A stretch of 15,566 bases of DNA, taken from NCBI GenBank assembly GCA_041577295.1, contig JBFGJG010000072.1, positions 1 through 15,566 on the forward strand. The letters are read 5' to 3'. The position numbers and the translations under genes were made by a program. The stretch is from Gemmatimonadales bacterium (GTDB lineage: Bacteria; Gemmatimonadota; Gemmatimonadetes; Gemmatimonadales; GWC2-71-9). Below are positions 1 to 6,428 of this stretch, one piece after another. The notes below the pieces were generated by a model. It ran no database searches. It was not told where the DNA came from and saw nothing but the letters and a program-made list of their open reading frames with translations. Positions within the stretch are counted from its first letter, which is position 1, and the number at the start of each line of letters is the position of its first letter.

Positions 1-1
1 G

Positions 2-199
2 GCAACATGGTGGACCAACTTCGCCAAGGCCGGTGATCCCAACGGAGCAGGCGTGCCGAACTGGCCGGCCTGGCGGACCGATGGGACCGGTCAGGTCATG
101 GTGATCGACGCCTCACCAGCCGCCGAGGTGGAGCAGGACCGGGCCCGTTTTGAGTTTCTCAACCGCGTGGAAACGCGGGAGCATTCCACGAACCATTGA
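2..199 (+). CDS. 3' end of a type-B carboxylesterase/lipase (partial, starts upstream of the window)
   Basis: Manual translation from base 2 gives ATWWTNFAKAGDPNGAGVPNWPAW...HSTNH*, with TGA at 197-199. W-x-NFAK-x-GDPNG...P-x-WP is the typical C-terminal motif of the COesterase family. Not in the ORF track. Confidence 0.85.
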   Translation, partial: ATWWTNFAKAGDPNGAGVPNWPAWRTDGTGQVMVIDASPAAEVEQDRARFEFLNRVETREHSTNH

Positions 200-222
200 G
201 ATGATGGCTTCGCGATCGCTGT

Positions 223-272
223 AGAGCTGGACTCGACGACGGAGCGGGGCCACGAGACGCGACTGCGGTGAG
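223..272 (+). repeat. tRNA-Trp-related intergenic repeat, left-half copy (D)
   Basis: 229-261 matches 6185-6219 with one 2-nt indel and one substitution. AGAGCTGGACTCGAC (223-237) matches AGAGCAGGACTCGAC (9166-9180) at 14/15. Confidence 0.8.
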
Positions 273-278
273 ACTAGC

Positions 279-2870
279 CTACCCCTTCGGCATCATCAAC
301 GCTTGGAACGGCGGGTAGTCGTGGAGGGACTCTAAGTCAATCTCCCTATGAAGCCAAATACCGTATACCAACCCCTCGTTGAAAGCACTGCGGAGCAACT
401 CGACTGCCTGCTCCCTGTGTCCAAGGACCGCCGCGACCCGCGCCTGCCACATGACGTTCTCACCCCAAAGATAAGGTTGGTCGAGCGCAGCGAGTTCATC
501 ACTGATTCTGGTCGCCTCGACAGCGTTGCCCAAGCGTGCGTGAGCGGCGCCGAGATAACCTGCATAGTCCACATCGTCTATGTTCTCCGTGGCAAGCTGA
601 AGGAACAGCTCTCGTGCTGCCTCCCACCGTTGGGTCCAATAGAGCGTTCGCGCGAGGTTGTAGCGGTAGGTCCTGCGCTGCGCTTCGTTCGGAGACAACG
701 CGTGCAACCGATCTAGAGCAAGGTCGAGCACCTCTCGTGCGGCGTCCGCAAAACCGTGCGCTCGGAACTCCAGACCCGCAACCGCTGCTTCATAGCCATG
801 TCCCCAACTTGGGTGCGGCGGTAGGCCGAGAAGCTCATCCAGGACGAGTCTGACTTTATCAGTACGCCCGAGAGCAGCTAGTGCTTGCACCTCATATTCT
901 ACTGTACTCCTACTGCTGGGATGTTGCTTCCGCCCTCGCTGTGCATCTCTAAGTTCGCGGCGGTGATCGCCAAGCATGTGACGCGCCTGCGTGAGAAAGC
1001 GCCAATACGGAACCCACGCCTTCATCCGTCCTCTGGCCGGGTCGATCCCCTCAAGCATCCGTACGGCCTCCTGTGGTCGGTTGACTCGCACGGCGTTCCA
1101 GGCCACGCTATACCCTGTACCGGGATATCGCCGAAATTGCTCGCGCGATATCCGATAAACCTCGAGACGATTACCTTGGAGGCCTGCCTGCAACAGCGCC
1201 AGCAAGTCTCGCTCGTACGTCGATAGTTGGTCGCGGAACTGCGCGATTAGCTCTACAAGCGAGTCCGCCGACTCGTAACGCCCAAGATTGATGTTCGCCG
1301 GAACAGCTCGGAACAGGGCCCCGACAAAGGTGGTGTCGAGCTCGTGTGCCGCTGTGAAGTGCTCAATCGCCTCCCGATACCTACCTTGGTAGAACAGCTC
1401 CTCACCCGTGACATACTCCTTGTACGCCAGAAACGTCGGTTCACGAAACAACTGTGCGAACACGAATACAGTATCCAATGTTGCTGCGAGTGCGCCTGCT
1501 ACTCGCTCGCTCAGCGCCTCATACACCACGTCCTGATTAGTCCACGGCCCGCTCACTCCCGGGACCGTCTGTTGCACCTCCATACGGCGCGTGTCGGTGA
1601 TCTCGGCCCGGAACCGGAGGCTATCGCCGTGACGAGAATAACTCCCCGAGATGATCACTCCTGCTCCGGTTACATTAGCCAACTCCCGTACAGGATTCCC
1701 GCCCTCCAGCGCATTGATTTCCGGCCGCACCGCAGTCCATGGTACAACGCTCAGCACATCGACCCGCTGAAGCCCATCCGTGATCCAGCTTGCTGCCACG
1801 ATACCAAGCATGTCCAAGGAGTCTTCGCCCGTCAGATTCGCGAAGGGGAGAACGGCCACTCGTCTGGAATCGAGAGCCACACCGGTTCCGCGAGGTATTG
1901 CAACGAGCACTGCAATTACCGCGATCACAACGGCAACTCCTACCACTCCACCTACCGCCATCCACCTGCGTTTCGCCACCCCGTCCACCGGCATAGTCCC
2001 GGTCGGCGTCATGCCGGCACTCGGCGTGGTCAGCGCCTCCAACTGCGGCAACAACTCCTCAGCACTCTGCCACCGGTCGGCGGCCTTCTTTTCCAGGCAC
2101 TTCATCACCAACTGATCAAGCGCGGCGGGAATGGTGTCGCGGTACTTCCGAACCGGCTCAGCCTGTTCCGTGACATGCGCCGCCAACACCATCTGCGGTG
2201 TCGTGCCGAGGAACGGTGGTCGACCCGCAAGCAACTCGTAGGCGAGTGCCCCCACCGCGTAGATGTCCGCGCGGTGGTCGATGTGCTCGTGCGCAGTCGC
2301 TTGCTCAGGGGCCATGTACGCTGGTGTGCCGAGCGCCACACCAGCAGTCGTCAACTTGTCTCGCCCCGTCGCCTCGCTCACGGCCTTGGCCACACCGAAA
2401 TCGGTCACCAGTGCGTGCCGGCCCGAGAGCAGGACGTTGTCTGGCTTAATGTCGCGATGCACCACACCCTGCTCATGGGCATGAGCCAATGCATCAGCCA
2501 CGTCCCTGAGAATCCGCACCGCGTCGGTAACAGGCAGTTCGCCCTCTTTGGCCAGCTTATCGCGCAGCGACTGGCCCTGCTCGTACGGCATGACGTAATA
2601 GAGAAAGCCGTCGGCTTCCCCGGAGTCGTAAAGTGGCAGAATGTGGGGGTGGTGCAGATTGGCCGCGATCCTGATCTCGCGCAGAAAGCGCTCCGGACCG
2701 AGCGCAGCAGCAAGCTCCGGCCGGAGCACCTTGACCGCCACCTTGCGTTCGTGGCGGATGTCCCGCGCCAGGTAGACCGTCGCCATTCCACCCGCACCAA
2801 CCTCGCGCTCGATGGCGTAGCGGTCTGAGAGGGCGGCTTTGAGGCGCTCGAGTTGGTCGGCTGCGGGCAC
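279..2870 (-). CDS. Hanks-type Ser/Thr protein kinase (kinase 1): kinase domain, TM helix, TolB-N-like domain, TPR-like repeats
   Basis: Motifs GAGGMATVY, VAVKVL, HRDIKPDN, DFG and GTPAYMAPEQ. Hydrophobic segment WMAVGGVVGVAVVIAVIAVLVAI, then VAVLPFANL and helical repeats. GTG start with AGGAG at 2885-2881. Confidence 0.95.
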   Translation of the reverse strand: MPAADQLERLKAALSDRYAIEREVGAGGMATVYLARDIRHERKVAVKVLRPELAAALGPERFLREIRIAANLHHPHILPLYDSGEADGFLYYVMPYEQGQSLRDKLAKEGELPVTDAVRILRDVADALAHAHEQGVVHRDIKPDNVLLSGRHALVTDFGVAKAVSEATGRDKLTTAGVALGTPAYMAPEQATAHEHIDHRADIYAVGALAYELLAGRPPFLGTTPQMVLAAHVTEQAEPVRKYRDTIPAALDQLVMKCLEKKAADRWQSAEELLPQLEALTTPSAGMTPTGTMPVDGVAKRRWMAVGGVVGVAVVIAVIAVLVAIPRGTGVALDSRRVAVLPFANLTGEDSLDMLGIVAASWITDGLQRVDVLSVVPWTAVRPEINALEGGNPVRELANVTGAGVIISGSYSRHGDSLRFRAEITDTRRMEVQQTVPGVSGPWTNQDVVYEALSERVAGALAATLDTVFVFAQLFREPTFLAYKEYVTGEELFYQGRYREAIEHFTAAHELDTTFVGALFRAVPANINLGRYESADSLVELIAQFRDQLSTYERDLLALLQAGLQGNRLEVYRISREQFRRYPGTGYSVAWNAVRVNRPQEAVRMLEGIDPARGRMKAWVPYWRFLTQARHMLGDHRRELRDAQRGRKQHPSSRSTVEYEVQALAALGRTDKVRLVLDELLGLPPHPSWGHGYEAAVAGLEFRAHGFADAAREVLDLALDRLHALSPNEAQRRTYRYNLARTLYWTQRWEAARELFLQLATENIDDVDYAGYLGAAHARLGNAVEATRISDELAALDQPYLWGENVMWQARVAAVLGHREQAVELLRSAFNEGLVYGIWLHREIDLESLHDYPPFQALMMPKG

Positions 2871-3020
2871 TGGCGCGGCGCTCCTGCGATGAGAGTAAGA
2901 TGCAGCCTAGCGAGCGAGCAAGCCAGCGGGAGCCAGCGACCCAAGGGGCGGGCCGCACCAGCAATAACCCGGCTTTTTAGCAGCCAACAGCAGCCAAACG
3001 GCTGCCACATGAAGAGGCCC

Positions 3021-3082
3021 CGCGGAGGCGGACGAGTCGCCGGTTAGAGCGAGATCCTGGCGGGCATGAGAAAGCCGCGACA
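3021..3082 (+). repeat. tRNA-Trp-related intergenic repeat, right-half copy (B)
   Basis: 3028-3082 aligns to 9207-9262 at 49/56 columns by hand, including an identical 19-mer GAGCGAGATCCTGGCGGGC. Confidence 0.9.
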
Positions 3083-3084
3083 AA

Positions 3085-3137
3085 CGACACGACGGAGGGT
3101 CGCGGTCAGAGTGTTGCGCCCCGACCTAGCGGCGGCG
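3085..3137 (+). pseudogene. Short relic of a Ser/Thr kinase gene (subdomain II region)
   Basis: Reads RH(frameshift)RRVAVRVLRPDLAAA, against KHERKVAVKVLRPDLASA in kinase 3. Many nucleotide differences are synonymous (gtg/gtc, ttg/ctc, cgc/cgg, ccc/cct, cta/ttg). Confidence 0.7.
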
Positions 3138-3204
3138 CGGGCTGTCCGGGTGTGGCCCTGAATCGCCTCTCGATGGCCGCGATTTTTTCTGGGTTGGCCG
3201 TGAC

Positions 3205-5454
3205 TCAGCCCAGATTCATCTTCCGAAGCAGCGCCTCGAACCGTGGGTGCGAGCGAAGCGCGGTCAATAGGAAAGAGCCCTTGATACCATACACCCCGCC
3301 CGCCCGCTCGTTGTACGCGCGCTCCAACCAATCCATCGCTCGATCGTACTCCCTGAGGCCTGTATGGACGTACGCCATGTGATAAGGCGACACGTACCGC
3401 TCCCGTGACAGCTCCTCCAGATGCCGCAGTGTCTCCCGCGCCTCTTCAGTCCGACCCGCCAACGCAAGCGCTTGCCCGAGCTGCGCGAGGTACAACGTGC
3501 TACCGGGCGAGAGGGACACTGCCAGTTCCAGCGAGGCGAGCCCCTGGTCCTGCATCCCACTTAGCAGATACGCCCACCCCAGAGTCGCATGCGCCATCGC
3601 GAAGTGTGGATCGACCTCGGTGACCTGTCTTGCAGTCCGTAAGGCCTCCTCGTGCCGGCCGGCGCGCAGCAGGGTCGTTGCGACATCAACCCGTTGACCA
3701 AGCGGATCGAGTTCGTGGGCCCGCTGCTGCACTTCGATAGCCTCGTCGTAGCGCTCCAGCGCGGATAACATGAGCCCGTAGGCACCGTAGGTGTCTCCGC
3801 TGTTCGGGTTCAAATCGATCGCTCGCTTAAACTCCAGCTCCGCGCCGGTCCAGTCGTAGTCGCAGACGAACTTGAGAAACGCCAGCCCAGCGTGCGCCTC
3901 GGCGAGTCCCGGATCGAGCGCGAGCGCCCGGGTCACGGCCGTCTTGGCGTGTCGGAACGCGTGCTCAGGGGCGAGCGTGCCCGCCACCCCGAGCCCCATC
4001 TCGGTGTAGGCGTGCGCAAGAGTGGCGTAGGCCATCGCGTAATCCGGGTCTCGGTCGATCGCCTGCTCGAGATGCTCGATACCCTGCCGCACGCCTTCCT
4101 CGGTCCAGCGGCTCAAACAGTGCCGCCCCAGCAGGTAGAGCTGGTAAGCCTGCACGTCGTCCGTGGGCTCCTGGCGAATCCGCTTGCTCTCATCGGGAGA
4201 AAGCTCCGCTTGGAGCGCGGCCGCGATCTGTAACGCCACGTCCGTCTGGATGGCGAAGATGTCGGTCAGGTCCCGGTCATACGTCTCGGCCCAGAGGTGC
4301 TGGTCAGTTTCGACGTCGATGAGCTGCGCCACGATCCGCACCCGGCGTCCGGCGCGCCTGACGCTCCCTTCGAGCAGCGCTGCCACTTCCAGGACCGCCC
4401 CGATCTCCCGCACACTCCGCCCCCGTCCCTTGAAGGGCCTCACTGATGTGCTGGAGATGACCTTGAGGGAGCGAACCTTCGACAGTTGGGTAATCACGTC
4501 CTCGGTGATCCCTTCGGCGAAGTACTCGTTCTCCGGGTCCGCGCTCAGGTTGAGGAAGGGGAGGACCGCGATGGATGGAGACCGGTCGCTCTTAGAGCCC
4601 CACCGGGTCAGCGCCTCGGCGAACGCGCCGGCGGAGGCGAACCGATCGGCCGGTACCTGGGCGAGCGCCGTCGCCAACGCTTGCTCCACAGGCTGCGGCA
4701 CCGTCGGCCTGAGCCGGCGCACTCGGGGTACCGGCTCAGTCAATTGCTTGGCCATCACTACCTGTGGCGAGACGCCCGTGTACGGCGCCTCGCCCGCGAG
4801 CAACTCGTACAGCACGCAGCCGAGACTGTATACGTCGCTCCGAGGATCGAGCGACCGCTCCCCGCCGGCCTGCTCGGGGCTCATGTACTCCGACGTCCCC
4901 ACCATCAGGCCGGTGCCGGTGAGCCGATCGCTCGGTGCAGTGTCAACGGCCAGGGCAATGCCGAAGTCGGTGACCATCGCCTCGCCTTCGTGAATCAATA
5001 TGTTCGCCGGTTTGATGTCCCGATGGATGACGCCGTGCTGATGTGCGTAGTCGAGCGCATCCGCGACGTCACGCGTGATCTGAACGGCGTCGTCGACCGG
5101 AAGCTGCTTCTCTCGATCGAGCCGGTCGCGCAGCGATTCACCCATGATGTGGGGCATGACGTAAAAGAAGAGCCCGTCGGCTTCTCCCGAGTCGTAGAGC
5201 GGCAGAATATGAGGGTGGCTGAGCGCTGCGGCGATCTGGATTTCGCCGGTGAACCGGTCTGAACCAATCAACGAACCTAGTTCGGGCCGGAGGACCTTGA
5301 TCGCCACCTTGCGGCGGTGCTTGACATCTTCTGCCAGGTAAACGGTTGCCATCCCACCCTGACCAAGTTCACGCTCGATGACGTAGCGGCCGGCGAGTGC
5401 GGTACCAAGGCGTTCCAACTCACCGCGACGGTTCATCGGCACTTCACTCTGCAT
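3205..5454 (-). CDS. Hanks-type Ser/Thr protein kinase (kinase 2): kinase domain, TolB-N-like domain and TPR repeats, no evident TM helix. The start may be the ATG at 5436.
   Basis: Motifs GQGGMATVY, VAIKVL, HRDIKPAN, DFG and GTSEYMSPEQ. Then SIAVLPFLNLSADPENEYFAEGITED, TPR-type repeats (RALALDPGLAEAH, RAIDLNPN) and a C-terminal LRSHPRFEALL. Confidence 0.95.
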   Translation of the reverse strand: MQSEVPMNRRGELERLGTALAGRYVIERELGQGGMATVYLAEDVKHRRKVAIKVLRPELGSLIGSDRFTGEIQIAAALSHPHILPLYDSGEADGLFFYVMPHIMGESLRDRLDREKQLPVDDAVQITRDVADALDYAHQHGVIHRDIKPANILIHEGEAMVTDFGIALAVDTAPSDRLTGTGLMVGTSEYMSPEQAGGERSLDPRSDVYSLGCVLYELLAGEAPYTGVSPQVVMAKQLTEPVPRVRRLRPTVPQPVEQALATALAQVPADRFASAGAFAEALTRWGSKSDRSPSIAVLPFLNLSADPENEYFAEGITEDVITQLSKVRSLKVISSTSVRPFKGRGRSVREIGAVLEVAALLEGSVRRAGRRVRIVAQLIDVETDQHLWAETYDRDLTDIFAIQTDVALQIAAALQAELSPDESKRIRQEPTDDVQAYQLYLLGRHCLSRWTEEGVRQGIEHLEQAIDRDPDYAMAYATLAHAYTEMGLGVAGTLAPEHAFRHAKTAVTRALALDPGLAEAHAGLAFLKFVCDYDWTGAELEFKRAIDLNPNSGDTYGAYGLMLSALERYDEAIEVQQRAHELDPLGQRVDVATTLLRAGRHEEALRTARQVTEVDPHFAMAHATLGWAYLLSGMQDQGLASLELAVSLSPGSTLYLAQLGQALALAGRTEEARETLRHLEELSRERYVSPYHMAYVHTGLREYDRAMDWLERAYNERAGGVYGIKGSFLLTALRSHPRFEALLRKMNLG

Positions 5455-5968
5455 ATCGCGTCTTCAGGACCTCGAGGTGGTGCCGTGTGTGTCCTGCAAT
5501 GACGTAGGCGAGAGCACGTACGGTGATAGACTGGTCACTGGCAGTTCCGCGCCGCTGCCAGGCGGCGATTGGGAGGTTGCGCAAGAGCGTGATAGTCGCC
5601 CGCCTGACATCACCCCATTCCGCGGTCATATCGGCGAGGGAGCGATCTGCAGCGCGAAGCTCCGGCACGTACGCTTGGTCGTCAAAACCTGGCAGGGACG
5701 TGGTGTCGCCGCGGCCGATCCGGAGTGCCCGGTAGGCAAAAACCCGCTCGGTGTCGGACAGATGCCCGACCACCTCCTTGAGGCTCCACTTCCGGGACGC
5801 ATACCGGTAGTCGCCTCGGGCCTCGGGAATACGATTGAGCCAAGTCAGAACTTCGCGAAGCTGACTTGTTAGCACGACCGCGATGTCTTCATCCTTGGCA
5901 ACGAGCTCGACGTAGCCGGCAAACGACTCGGCATACTCATCGACCTCGGGTGGTGGTGTCCTGACCAT
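5444..5968 (-). CDS. DinB/YfiT-like family protein (putative metal-dependent thiol S-transferase or hydrolase)
   Basis: KWSLKEVVGHLSDTE...LPGFD...AGHTRHHL pattern with conserved His residues. GGAG precedes the ATG. Confidence 0.88.
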   Translation of the reverse strand: MVRTPPPEVDEYAESFAGYVELVAKDEDIAVVLTSQLREVLTWLNRIPEARGDYRYASRKWSLKEVVGHLSDTERVFAYRALRIGRGDTTSLPGFDDQAYVPELRAADRSLADMTAEWGDVRRATITLLRNLPIAAWQRRGTASDQSITVRALAYVIAGHTRHHLEVLKTRYAE

Positions 5969-6095
5969 TGGCTGCTCCGCTCTCGCTCTAACTGACGGCT
6001 GCTGGCCCCTAGGATGTTACCCAGACTCCGCACCCACGGGGACCCCTGAAACCACAACCGTCGCCAACCCACTTCAACGAGTCATCGGTGGTCGT

Positions 6096-6169
6096 CGGGA
6101 CTCCACCCGAATGCTTTTAGCAAGGGAACGGACGAGCGACGGGAAAGAGCCCGGCGGGCATGACAAAGC
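6096..6169 (+). repeat. Divergent copy (E) of the tRNA-Trp-related repeat
   Basis: CGGGACTCCAC...CGGACGAGC...GAGCCCGGCGGGCATGACAAAGC. 6153-6169 matches 3059-3075 at 16/17. Confidence 0.65.
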
Positions 6170-6181
6170 GTACGTGAGGTC

Positions 6182-6253
6182 GCAGGACTCGACGACGGAG
6201 CGAGGGGCCACGAGGCGCGCAGCGGCGAGTGGCACCGGTGTCGCGAGATCCTG
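6182..6253 (+). repeat. Copy (C) of the tRNA-Trp-related repeat
   Basis: GCAGGACTCGAC...GCGCGCAGCGGCGAG...GCGAGATCCTG. Same ends and core as 9169-9238. Confidence 0.85.
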
Positions 6254-6270
6254 TTTTAACCCGAGCTTCG

Positions 6271-6300
6271 TCCCGTCCTGTCCCGTCTGATCCCATCCTG
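6271..6300 (+). repeat. Short tandem repeat, 3 x 10 bp with underlying 5-bp periodicity
   Basis: TCCCGTCCTG TCCCGTCTGA TCCCATCCTG. Confidence 0.7.
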
Positions 6301-6371
6301 TTTTTCCTGTTGGTTTGCAGAAGAACGCGCGGTGGGATGTCAGCTGAACCCATCCAGGCTCCGACGCACTC

Positions 6372-6420
6372 TGGTCACCCGCGGACACGACCTGTATCGT
6401 TAAACGGCCCCCTCTAGGAG
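6372..6420 (+). promoter_or_regulatory. Possible sigma70-type promoter and RBS for kinase 3
   Basis: TGGTCA (6372-6377), 17 bp spacer, TATCGT (6395-6400). AGGAG at 6416-6420, 8 nt before the GTG. Confidence 0.4.
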
Positions 6421-6428
6421 CAGCCTTC

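Noticed and set aside
1344..2828. 494-aa + strand ORF
   Set aside because: Wholly antisense to kinase 1 with no recognisable motifs; a typical shadow ORF in GC-rich DNA.
2904..3006. AGC-rich low-complexity tract (GCGAGCGAGCAAGCCAGCG..., CAGCCAACAGCAGCCAA)
   Set aside because: No consistent unit, no second copy in the window and no convincing stem with a U-tract.
3044..3382. 95-aa and 76-aa ORFs between kinases 1 and 2
   Set aside because: They overlap the kinase 2 3' end and the repeat, and show no family motifs.
4163..5262. 276-aa and 258-aa + strand ORFs
   Set aside because: Antisense shadows of kinase 2 with low-information composition.
6074..6417. Short ORFs in the DinB/kinase 3 intergenic region
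   Set aside because: They run through repeat copies and the tandem repeat, with no clear RBS or domain.
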